From Cercozoa sp. M6MM (Eukaryota; Protista; Endomyxa: Ascetosporea), in the NCBI GenBank assembly GCA_040357565.1, contig JBDODJ010000003.1: DNA of 64,000 nucleotides; one strand, written 5' to 3'. A program made the position numbers and the translations under genes. The notes below the pieces were generated by a model. That model saw nothing but the letters and a program-made list of their open reading frames with translations, made no database searches and was not told the DNA's origin. This document shows, in pieces, positions 14,066 through 31,404 of the stretch; the first letter of the stretch is position 1; every line of letters starts with the position of its first letter.

Positions 14066-14198
14066 GTGTCTGGGGAACGTCAAAAGGGGTTGTATGGTCC
14101 TACCCTAAGCGGGCGGTAGACACGGCCATGCTCTTGTGACCCACCCCAGACTGGTGCAGGGGAACTACATAGTTGGTTTCCTAGAAGACTCAACTAAC
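14066..14198 (+). mobile_element. Short non-LTR-type (SINE-like or truncated LINE) element, copy A
   Basis: Its 3' ~73 nt match the reverse complement of 24734-24806. It ends in CAACTAAC and is flanked by the imperfect direct repeats tatttaatgctgatcg / tatttaaattgatcg. Confidence 0.7.
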
Positions 14199-14372
14199 TA
14201 TTTAAATTGATCGCACACTTAAATAATAACAAGCTGCCACGCCCGACGGAGGGTGACTCTTGTGTCCAGCCGTGTGCAAACTCAAATAAACCACCAAAGG
14301 ATCGTTTTCAGGGCTCTAGCGGCACGAGAACGACATTGAGTGAATTTTTGGTTGTGGGGGTCAGGGTGACAC

Positions 14373-17300
14373 ATGAGCGACATTTTGCCGGAGCTGGTGT
14401 GTGTTCACCGCACCATCCAGGTAAACGCGGAGAGTCTAGAAAAATCTTTGTTTTTTCGAAATGCATGACAGAATTCTTGTTGTTGCTATGTGTGGCCCAT
14501 TCGCCGATTGTCAATGTTTGTTCCTGTTGTCGGTGGCTACAGACGCCCACGGCCATCACAGCGTCGGCTTCGGGCTGCTTCTCGGCGCCGAAGCAGCACG
14601 AAATCGTCGTGGCGAAAGGCCATACGCTCGAGCTGCTGCGACCCGATGCTGAAGCGACGCAGTTGGTACCTTTTCGTTGATCTCCCAGTGTGCACTCAAG
14701 ACTGACGCGTGTCGGTGTGCTTAGGTGAGCGTGGCCTCGTGGGAGTGCTTCGCGGTAATCCGCACGCTGCAGACCATGCGCGTGGCCAAGCAGAACCGCG
14801 ACATCATTCTTGTCGGCAGTGACAGGTAGAGTCACCTACCCCCACCCACCCCGCACTCTGTACTTCCTTTTGATGTGCAGTGGCATGCTGATCGCGTTGA
14901 AGTTCAACGCGCGCCACTCGCGTTTCGAGCGTCTCGTCGGGTAAGTATCCCTTGTGTTGTTGTGTGTGTCCGTTGGTATGTGTATTATGCGTTTGCACAG
15001 CGAGATCTTTGGAAAAACGGGTTGCCGCCGCACAGTGCCGGGACAGTACATTGCGGCCGACCCGGCAGGCCGTGCTCTCATGGTCTCGGCGGTGGAGCAG
15101 CGCAAGTTTGTCTACGTGATGGAGGCGCTACCGGATGCCACTGAGGGTATGACTCTGTGTGTACTACCGTCCATATGTATCGTCCATGTGTACTGTTGTG
15201 CAGCCGAGCTGATGGAAGACGAGCAGGCACTGGGCGGTGACCCGCTGCGAGTGAACGTGTCGTCGCCGATTGAGGCGCACAAGAAGGACGTGCTGGTGCA
15301 GTCGCTGACGGCGCTGGATCGCGGTCTCGGCGGCAACCCGCAGTGGGCCGCGCTTGAACTCGACATGCGCGAGGACGCCGAGGCACTCAACGACGCCGCC
15401 GCCAAGCTGCGTGCCGCTGGCGACACTACGACCGACCCGTGCACGCAGGTAGTGCCTGCTATATTCTCTCACTATACCCTGTACCCATATACTCCTATAC
15501 TCTTAGGTGGACGCACTGGCCAGTAAGATGCTGACGTTCTACGAACTCGACCTGTCGCTCAACACGGTAGTGCGTCGCTATGCGGAAGAGGTCGACGCCA
15601 CGGCCAACCTGGTAGAGACTGCGTATGTCTGTGGGTGTGTCTGTGTCTGTGTCTGTGTCTGTGTCTGTGCCTGTGTCTGTCTGTGTGTGCATGGGATCTG
15701 TCTGCATAGGTGGTGGCTGTCCCCGGCGGTGCTGTCGGAGGAGGCGAGAATGGTAGCTTCTTCCAGGGTAGGTAGTAGGTAGGTGGCGTATGCACACATG
15801 ACATGCGTAGGCCCCGGCGGTGTGCTGGTGTTCTCGGAGAACTGGGTCACGTGGCTCGACATGGAACAGGACGAGGTCCGCGCGCCGTTCCCTCGTCGGT
15901 ACCTGACTTTTATACTTAGAGTGTATGTGCTTGGTCCATATAGTGGTATTTGTGCGCAGCTGGGGCTGGCCCGACGAGCGCGGTTTGATGGCCGTCAACG
16001 CCGCTGTGCATCGGCAGAAGGGCCTCTGCTTTGTCATGGCACAAACTGAGCTTGGCGACCTGTACAAAATCACGCTCGACTGGTCGCCCGAGGCCGAGCC
16101 GCGCGTGACGTCGCTGCGCGTCGAGTACTTTGACACACTGCCGCGTGCCACCTCCATCTGTCTGCTGCGCAACGGCTTCTTCTTTGCCGCCTGCGAGACT
16201 GGTAGGTCCTTATACCCTCCATACCTCCTAACGTATCCCATCCCATCTGACAGGTGACCACCTGCTGGCCGCCTTCCAGGGTCTCGGTGGCGACACTGGT
16301 ATTTACCTCTTTCCTTTACCATACCTTTTACTCTCTTACTTCTCTTTCCCCCCCCCCCCCCAGACGCCGTGTTCTGCACGGACCAGACCGAGGAGTACAC
16401 GTACTTTGCGCCGCGTCCGCTGCGCAACCTGCTCGTGTACTTTCACCTTTCCCATTCACCCTTCCTTTACCCCCCCCCCCCCAGCTGTGACACGTTGCCG
16501 TCGCTGGCGCCGCTGACGCAGCTGCACGTGGCCCGACTGCCCAACGCCAGCAGCGAGGACGACGAGGCCAAGGTAGTAACCACCTATGTCTTTTACAATG
16601 TGTACGGTACTAGATTGGGTATGAATGGACATGGGGAGAGTATATATGTACGGGTAGGCCGGCACACTGTCGACTCGCCTGGTCGCTCTGTGTGGTCGCG
16701 GAGAACGCGCTGAGCTGCGCGTGCTGACGCGCGGTGTCGCCGTGTCGACGCTGAACTCGTTCGAACTGCCGGCGGCGCCGACTCGCGTGTGGACGCTGCG
16801 CTGTCTTGACGGTACATACACATGCATATATATATATATATATATATAATATATGGGCTATTATATTGTACAGATGACGAGTACCACTCGTACATTGTGC
16901 TGAGCTTCGCCAACGCGACGCTGGTGCTCAAGATGGGCGACACGGTGGCCGACACCAAGGAGACTAACCTCATCCTGGACGCGCCGACCGTGCACGTGGC
17001 TCTCATGGGCACGCGCGACGCGCCTTACATCGTGCAGGTGCTGCGCGACCGTGTGCATGTCGTGCAACTCAACGGTACACCTTTGTCCCTGCCCCACCCT
17101 ACTCCTACCCGACCTGCCCTACCCTACCCTACCCATGGTCTTAGGCGAGCGACTGCAGCAGCGACTGCAGCGCGGAGAGGACGAGGAGGACGAGGAACTG
17201 CCCGTGGTGCAGTCGACGGACGTGCAGCTGCCGCAGACCGATCAGGTCAAGTGCGCCAGCAGCAACCGCACGCAACTCGTGCTCGCCATGGAGAACGGCC

Positions 17301-20180
17301 GCATGTACCCTCCCCCATTACCCCCCCCCCCCGGTGGCCCCCCTTTACCCCCCCCCCGTGCAGCAACCTGTTCCAGTTGTCGACGCAAGTGAGCGGCGGT
17401 GCACTGCGTCTCGTGGCCAAGAACGACTTTGGCTGGGACGTCTCCTCGGTCGCTGTCATGCCGACCACTGGTGGTACATCATTTGGTCCCTTTGTACACC
17501 ACCTGGTCGATCTGTACACACCGTTTGTACATCACATGTTCATCTGTGCCACGTGCAGATGAGTTGACGGCGCCGTTCGCGGCCGTTGCGTGTCAGCACG
17601 ACAGCACGGTGCGCATCGTGTCGCTCAGGAGGCAGGCGGTAGCTACCACCCTTTATTCCCCCCCCCCCCACACACACACACACACACACCCTTCACCCCT
17701 GTGTAACATGGTGTTGTAGAGCACGGGTACCTCGCGCTTCGGCAACATCGGCGGCTCGGAACTGCTGGACACGGTGACGACCTTTGCCGTGTCGACAGGC
17801 CAGGGTAGCAACCCCTCACATTTCTGTATATAGATGGGTATATGGGTATCAATCAACAGAGGAAGTGACGGCCATGGACTACCCGCGGTCGGTGCTGCTG
17901 TCATACATGCCGACGCAGGCTGGCAAACAGCTCTACCTGTTTGCCGGTCTCAACAATGGGTATGTTTCTCTCCCTCACATGCATTGTGTATCATATAACT
18001 TCCTGGGGTGGTGCAGTGTGATGCGTCGCTGGCGCCTGAACGCCAACACGGCGGCGCAGGAGGCGAACGACGACAGAAGCCGCTTCCTGGGCACGACGGC
18101 CGTCTCGGTGCGCGCCTGTCGCGTCGACGGACACAATGCCGTGCTGTCCTTGTCGTCGCGGCCCTGGCTCGAGCACGCCAAGCCGTCGCACCGTTTGCTA
18201 CCGCTTGCTGTACCTTCATGGCTTCTCACCCTTCTCCTCTGCCTTACCCCCCCCCCACGTATAGTGCGACGCCATGACAGACGCGGCGCCGCTGAACACG
18301 GCCGACTGCGCCGACGGTTTCGTCGGCATTGCCGGCAAAACGCTGCGCATCGTGGCCACTGAGCGACTCGACCAGGAGTTCACGTCGCAGCGCATGAAGC
18401 TTAAGTACACGCCGCGTACGCTGGTACTTTCCTTGTTCATTTGTACTGGTCCAGTTGTACCTGTGTGTACGTTCAGTCCAGTTGTACCTCTGTTGTATAG
18501 GCCGTGCACCCAAGCATTGCGACGGCCGTGGTGGTGGAGAGCGACGCGCGCACCATGACGCTGTCCAAGGCGAAGCAGCATCAGGCAGCGCTCGACGAAC
18601 TGCGCCGCGAACTCACCGGCGAGGAGGACGCCGACATGGAGGTCGATGATGGTACCCTCCCCTTTCTTTCTATCCCTGCCCATATACCTGGGTATATGGA
18701 TACTACCATGGGAGCACAGAGGACGAGGACGAGGAGGAAGACGATGGCAGCAAGCGACCCTACCCGGGCGCAGCACGTGTGCCTGCCGAGGCAGGCGAGT
18801 GGGCCTCGCTGCTCCGCGTGGTGACCATGTCGCCTCTGCGCACTGTGTCCTTGCTGGAGGTACCTCTTAGTTTTGTGTACAGCTACATGTACAGATGTAC
18901 CACCCTGGTACGTTTGATCGGTACAGTTGGACGAAAACTGCGCGGCCGTGTCGGCAGCCATTCTGGCTCTGGACGGCGCGCCGGGCCAGAAGCCTGTGCT
19001 CGTGGTGGGTGTGGCGCAGGGCCTGCGACATTTGCCGAAGCGAGAGGCCGAGAACTACTGGATCCACGTCTACCAGTTCAGCAACGACGACAGGCAGATC
19101 CGCCTGTTGCACCGTACGCCCGTGCAGCACCTGCCGCTCGCCTTTGCTGCCTTCCAGGGACAGGTATTCTTTTCTGCCCCCTGTCCTTGACTGTAAGCCC
19201 CCTATACCCCCCCCCCGGACAGTTGCTCGCCGGCGTGGGTTCGCTGCTGCGTCTTTACGCGCTGGGCCGACGACGCCTGCTGCGCAAGGGCGAGTGCCGT
19301 CAGTTGCCGCATGCCGTACCTCCTGCTACTATCTAGTACTACCTGTACCGACAAGCATGTTGGTGTACTGCACTGCAGGTGCGATCGATCGAAGTGATCG
19401 GCCGACGACGTATCATGGTGGCCGATGCGGCGCACTCGGTGCACGCCGTGACGTACAAGCCGGCACACAAGCAGCTCCTCGTGTTCGCCGACAGTGTGGC
19501 GCCACGACACGTCACTGCCATGACGGCGCTCGATGCCGATACCGTGTACACCTTGCTATTTAGCCTCCGTCATGCCCCTCCTATTTTTCTGCCTGGACAG
19601 TGCCGTGGCCGATAAGTTCGGCTCGCTGGGCGTGCTGCGACTGTCGCCCGAGGCGCAGCTCGACCGCGACGAGACAGCCGCGGCGCTGCGCTACGGCTCG
19701 GCCGAGGGCAACGGCGCGCATGCCAAGTTTTCCGAGCTGTGCAACTTCTTCACGGCCGACATGCCGCTGTCGCTGCGCCGTGCGCCGCTCGTCGACGGTG
19801 GCGACGACGTCATCGTGTATGGCAGCGTGCTCGGTGCCGTCGGTGCTCTCGTGCCGCTGCGCTCGCGTGCCGAAGCCAACTTCTTCCAGCAGTTTGAGCA
19901 GCTCATGCGGCAGAATGGTACTCTCTCTCGGCATGTCTAGTCACGACCCTTACCACGCCCGTGCTGTGCAGTGCGTATCCGTCCTCTGCTGGGCAACATG
20001 CACATCAAGTGGCGCGGCTTTTACTTCCCCGTCAAGAACGTCGTCGACGGCGATCTGCTCGCGCAGTTTGCGGCGCTGCCGGCCGAGGAGCAAGACGCCA
20101 TGGCCGAGGAACTCGAAGTCCAAGGTGGCCGCCTCATGCTCCTCAAGAAGATCGATGACGCACTCAATAACCTCATGTAG
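14373..20180 (+). CDS. SF3B3: Splicing factor 3B subunit 3 (SAP130/Rse1), 28 introns
   Basis: Colinear motifs: GCFSAPKQHEIVVAKGHTLELLRPD, EIFGKTGCRRTVPGQYIAADPAGRA, SSPIEAHK, LTFYELDLSLNTVVR, EYFDTLP, FAPRPLRNL, YIVLSFANATLVL, ADKFG, FYFPVKNVVDGDL. All 28 junctions are GT-AG and frame-restoring. Confidence 0.95.
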
Positions 20181-20395
20181 ACTAAATTAGCGTGTCCTCA
20201 ACTTACTGCACTACTGCACTACAGATAAAAAGTGTACGGCGACAATATTTTTTTTATAATGCGTTCAAATGGACGCAGGACGAAAATCGCCGAGCTCGAC
20301 GCGCTTTGCATTGCAAGTCGCTTCTTACAGCAACGCGCGCAACTCAGCACCGACCCAGACTTTTGTAGTGCCCTGGACACTCGCTGGACGCAAAA

Positions 20396-20738
20396 ATGGC
20401 TCTCGGCAATTTTCAGTTCATGAACTCGACCTTCAAGGCCGTGTGCTACATGTTCGGCGTAATTTGTTTCCTACGTTTTATCGTTTTGCTCCTGCTTATC
20501 CACCTGTGCGTGTAGTCTTCGATCCCCCTGGTGCTCTTTATTTCCTGGAAGCAGCGCAAGGACACGTACCCGCGTCCGCCCTACATGCGTAGTCTCGCTT
20601 TCTTTCTGGTTATCTTACAAGAGACCGTGCGACTTGTGTGCAGCCATGCTCGCTGATCACGTGAAGGAGAGCATCGTTCGATCGCAGGAGTACGTGGCGC
20701 TCCTCGAGCGACAGGCTGCCGAGGCCAGCGTGGAGTAA
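20396..20738 (+). CDS. 76-aa single-pass membrane microprotein (exons 20396-20458, 20516-20588, 20644-20738)
   Basis: Two introns of typical size (57 and 55 nt) give MALGNFQFMNSTFKAVCYMFGSSIPLVLFISWKQRKDTYPRPPYMPMLADHVKESIVRSQEYVALLERQAAEASVE*. GC3-rich codons. Confidence 0.7.
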
Positions 20739-20920
20739 CTTTACTTTTCTCTTTGTACCGGCCGCTACCGCCGCACTACGGCGCTTCGACGCGCCAGCAC
20801 ACGAACACTGACGTTTTCGTTGTTCAGTTGTTTCAAAGACACCTGACTGTTTCGTAAACTCACGGTGCCTCTCAGTCCCGGTTTCTTTAGTTCGCTCACG
20901 TCATTACGCGTCGCGTCGTG

Positions 20921-22265
20921 TCAATCAACCTGCGTGTGCCGCAGTGATTTACATATAGCGAGCATGAGAAACGTCCTAAGACTTAACCGTTCGCGTGGCG
21001 GAAAGGGAATCCTCTCTGGTCAAACGGGTGGCATTGTTGACATAGGATCGCTATGCCGACCGTGCAAGTCGGCTGAGCCCGAGTGACATACATGCGTGCG
21101 TCACGGTGAATTCAATTACAAGCTAAGAGAAGAAAACGGACAGCGGTACAACGTCGGAAGCTTCGTCCGGCAGCAGTGGCTTTAGATCTTCTGGTACATT
21201 GTCCACACCGAGCAGGACCTTGACCGACGAGGTTCGCTTCGGCTGTGTGTCAGAGCGAGACATAGCACAGACATATTAGCACACAGCTTACATGTAGCGT
21301 AGTACCGGCTCGGTGAGCTTGGCTGCGATGGCAAGAGAAAGCCACTGCTCCATCGCCGCCACGGCAAAGTCATCGCCGCCGTCTTCGTTCGCCTTCGTGG
21401 AACCAGAAAGTTAGATTTAAGGTCAGATTTAAGCACAGCTAACAACGCAATGAGAAAATGTACAGTCGTCAATCCGTCGTAGTATCGACAGTCAGCGTGA
21501 GTCCATATCCTGTAGCCGCAAGATTGGACGGCCTTTGCTGCGTCTTCTTTTTCCTACACACGTGTACGTTGAATTCTACAAATACCAATGCAGAAACAAA
21601 TTGCAACGTACTATGCCAGGCAAAGCATCGGTCATGTCGCCTCGGGAAAGCAGAAGCATGAGCGGCACCGCCATAGGATCCACGTTGGAAGCTGCGAATA
21701 CAAACATACACATACCAACACATTCAACAGAAAACAGAGCTGTGTTATCAATACCGTTGAGAGCTGCACGCATCTGATCCCCAGCGTCAAACGAGTTGAA
21801 CGACGTCGCGTCGGCCAAAACAACCGCACCATCACAAGGCTGTCGGCGAAGAAGGCGCACGAGTTCTTCGGGGTCTAAACGAGAACTGATCTCTTGCAGA
21901 CAAATCGAAACGCTAGAGTTCGTCGTGCCGTCACTGTTGCTTTCGCTTCGCGCATCCTGACCACTCGCTGTCGCTTCCTCGGTGCTTCGAGACGAAGCGA
22001 AACGCGACCAAAATGTTCGGGTCTCACGTTTTTTCGGCGCAAGTGTCACTTTCTTTTCACCGCTGGCAGCACTCGGTTCTGCCACAAAGCCCAGGTCTGC
22101 AATGTCGACACGGAGTGAAATGCCTTCCTCCGGATCCACGCCTTCAGTGATGATCGCGTCGCGCGCATAAGCTGCTAGATGGCACACACGCCGCAAGAAT
22201 GATGACTTTCCTGAGTCGACGCCACCCAGCACGAGAAGCTTCAGGCGCTGACGGTCCCGCATCAT
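20921..22265 (-). CDS. Atypical Ras-superfamily P-loop GTPase-like protein (3' end uncertain)
   Basis: LKLLVLGGVDSGKSSFLRR (G1), CDGAVVLADATSFNSF (beta4), VPLMLLLSRGD (G4 position). Confidence 0.7.
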
Positions 22266-22895
22266 AATCGGACAGGTCTGTGAAAACAACGCGCATTTTT
22301 GGCCAAGCCAACGAGATACAATTGGATAGTAATGTACAGTAGAGAACAGGAGTGCCCTTGTGTGTGCTCTAACGACACAATACTTAAAACGCTTAGTGAA
22401 CAATCCTGTCGAGCAAGTCGTGTCACAAGGAAGATATGAATCGACACGACTTGGTGATTTTATCGTTTTCTTCTGGCAACATTTCTGTAGTTCGGGACCT
22501 CCCGCGTGGATTTTTGGTAGTTTGGTCGTATTTTAAACAGTGTTTTGAATTTTGTGTATTTTTCCATCCGCGTGGAAGTTGCTTTCGAAGTCAAGGTTTT
22601 TCTCGGGTTCTCGTTTTGATCGCAGATCGGTGTTTACGACTGGTTTGCGTGCTTTTGCAGCGAGATCGACCTATTTAAGCCTGTTCCAGACGCCTGAGAC
22701 AAGTTTTTGCAAGTCTACACCGACAACCTGGTTCGTGGACTTTGCAAACCTTTTGTGGCGGTTTCGCGTTTCTCGAGTTTTTGCATGAGAACGACTCTGC
22801 TCTTTGAGTTTGATTCCTCTGAAGCTTTTTGCTTTGAAATTATGGGATCTGTTATTTTTATGTATTTTTTGTTCGGCAGAATTTTGAAAACCTGA

Positions 22896-24395
<1,500 letters not shown>

Positions 24396-24733
24396 GCGAG
24401 TGGCCACCTGTCAGTGTCGACCTTTGGACCGGCGCCGTTCCTTGTCATCGCTCTGGAGCTGGTGGGCGTGCTGCGCTATGACCGACTGCGTTTCTCGTAT
24501 CTGGTGGTTTGCGTCGCATCGTCGCACTGTCTTGGTTGATGCCGTGCTATTGGCTCGTCAATGGTGATAGCATACAATTTGAAATAGATCGTGAATTCGA
24601 TACCAAATTTGAACTTGAATCGAAACAGAAATTCGTATGTGCGCGTTCAGTTCACGTCAGTTGCACGCGGTTTCAGTTTGAGTTTCTGCCAGTGTTCGCT
24701 AATTTGGAACTCGTTTAAGTGTCCAGTACAGTA

Positions 24734-24810
24734 GTTAGTTAGTTGAGTCTTCTAGGAAACCAACTATGTAGTTCCCCTGCACCCAGTCTGGGTCACAAGA
24801 GCATGGTGTT
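24734..24810 (-). mobile_element. Short non-LTR-type element, copy B (5'-truncated), with a 10-bp target-site duplication
   Basis: Perfect direct repeat cagtacagta at 24724-24733 and 24811-24820 brackets the homology to copy A. (AACT)3 tail on the minus strand. Confidence 0.8.
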
Positions 24811-25120
24811 CAGTACAGTACTCGGATCGGGTCAACTCAACTGGTTACTAAAACGTATTGGAAACCGGGAACCTTCGCATACCGTACGGCAGTCAAGTAG
24901 CGGCACAAATCACCACATCAAATGCGGTGCGGTGTGAATACAATTTAATTAAATTTTTGCAATTGGTCAATCAAGCTGCCGTGGTCAAGGTTGCGCAAGT
25001 TGTTTATTTATCTTTGCTTTTTGAACCTGCGTCTCCTTTGAGAGTCGCGCGACTGGGCCGAGTGGCTCTGTCTCTGCTGCAACAAGATAAAAAGTAAAGC
25101 ATGTGCACCAAGCCCTCCAG

Positions 25121-25751
25121 TCAGACTCGAGAGAAAAGCTCAGTCACCGATGCCGACGATGAAGGCGAGGCGCGTGTTCGCCGACTTGGTGCTGCCTCAC
25201 CAAGGTCAGCTGCAACGAGGAATAGACAACGCTGGTCGGAAGAAACACGAAAGTTACCGGAGGCAGCTGCGACGGCACCAGGCGTGCGCGAGCGTTTCGG
25301 CGAGCTGCGTGCAAGTGATGCCCAAGTGGACGGTTTCTTTGGCTACAGCACCACAAATAAAATGGATGGTTAAATACAAAAATGGCTAAGGGTACTACCT
25401 TCGCGGGGGACTCCCTAGACTGTGACTGTGACGGTGTTGACTTCTGCATTGGCTTTTGTTCTTTCTCTCTTGATTGCTGTTGGCGCGGCTGTTGTTGCTT
25501 TTCCTGTTGCTGCTGCGGCTGCACCGGCTTCTCGGCGGCGGTGCGATCTCTCCTGTCGGCAGCGGACTTCTTCTGGGCCGCCGCTCGTCGTTTGGAACGA
25601 CGTGCTGGCCGACACTTTTGCTTGAGCCACGGCATGCGATGCGTGTTGCGCTCCCACAGAATGCACAACACCGGAAACGGAAGGTTCGCTCGCAAGCAGC
25701 GCACCATCGCACGCTGAGTTTTCTCTCTGTGTGCGTGAGGGTAGAAACCAG

Positions 25752-25801
<50 letters not shown>

Positions 25802-26970
25802 ACGGGTACGTATTGGGTGCCATGAGCGGCAGAAGCAAAAGCTCGAGGGCCAGCAGCGGCAGACGGCGCAGCTCGGCGCCTCTCTCAATAAGCACCCTGA
25901 GCGTGCAGAGGCACAACTCGGGCGGCGTCACTTGTCTCATCTGTTCACTCCTGGCCTGATGCAGCACATGCTGCAAGTGTGTCTGTACCTGCGGTGTCAC
26001 ACGAGTGTTATATCAGAACACCTCACGAAACAGGAACAAGGCAGGTGTTGTACATGTGCCTGTGCTGTCGCAGGTTGCCGACTGTCAAGCAGGTGTGCCA
26101 TCTGTCGCAACTGCAGCTGGTGCTCGTGCATGAGTCGCAGCTGCACCTGACGGACCTGCGCCTCGACGTGCAGCTGCATCTGCCTCGCCTCCAGCGGGTG
26201 CTCCTGCAGGTGCTGCCGCATGTGCCGCATCACATGCTCGTACGCCTGCTGCTGCACGCAGCGCGCCAGGATCACTTCGCCCACCACGCGGATCGGCGCC
26301 TTGGCAAAGAAAACCAGGCGCTCTCGCCTCTACGCAAAGTCAACAAAACATACTGGCGTACACAAGGGCAAGGCACAGGAATCGAGGTGCACCTGTGCAA
26401 ACGTGAGCAGACGCAGGATGTTGCGAATTGCGACATCACGCGTGTGCAGGTGCGGCTGCTGCTGGTACTCGTTCACTGCGGATGAAAAGGCGAAGCGATT
26501 GTTGCGACTTGACGGTGGCAGCATGTGCGTCAGCTGCTCGAGGTCCGGTGCACCCGGAGTGCCAGCAATCCCGAGCGACTGTCGCGCCGACAGCACATCG
26601 AAAGTCAGTCGGTCCAAACGCGCCGTTCGCTCGCCCAGTCGCTTCTGCGCCAAGCCGGGATGCAGGTAGACTGCGCACAAAAGGAACATGGAACATTTTA
26701 CATCCCGACCGCTCCAAAAGCGCACAACAGCGCCAAAACAAAAGAGGGCGGGGCAAGCAAAAACCACCAACACTCACCACCAACACTCAAAAGCCAATCG
26801 GGATCGCCCACAATGCAAGTTGCCACCCTGCAAGCCCTGACAGCAGCAAAACCGGTCACCAACTTATACAGCACAAACGCACACGGGTCGTCGTGGTCGC
26901 CAAGCGCCTGCCGCCGAGCTCTCCGCTGACGCTCGCGAATTAGCTCGTCGTGTTGCTCTGTAAACGACAT
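25121..26970 (-). CDS. Hypothetical Gln/Arg-rich protein (exon structure partly unresolved)
   Basis: Open exons MSFTEQHDELIRERQRR..., QQQAYEHVMRHMRQHLQEHPLEARQMQLH..., QPQQQQEKQQQPRQQQ, separated by GT-AG introns. Confidence 0.55.
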
Positions 26971-27259
26971 AGCTGACCCCTCGGAATAGTCTGCTCGGCC
27001 CTCACGGCGCATCTAGCCCCCAAAAGTCTGCTTCGACTTTTGGTTAAGTGTGCGCTATTGCCTTGCTGCGCACGCCTTGACGCTGAAGTTGATCTGCCAC
27101 CTGTAGTGGACTTGCACAGGTAGCTTACTGTGCCGGCACACGCCTGTGTGAGTTATTGCTAAAGGGCAGCAGGCGATCAGTCGACTGTCGCTTTCGTTTG
27201 TTGTCGTTGGCGTTTGAACAGTAGTTGAAGCCGTGGGTACCGGTGCTGCGGTTCTCTTG

Positions 27260-31270
<4,011 letters not shown>

Positions 31271-31404
31271 CTAGTTCTTATCGACCAGTGCCCGCTGTCA
31301 GATCACTTCTGTATAGTGTTTTAAAAAAGAAATAGCGCTGTCACCGGCGCTCCGATCGCCATGACAAACTCTGGAGAGTGTTTCCACGTGCGCACGGGTG
31401 TGTG

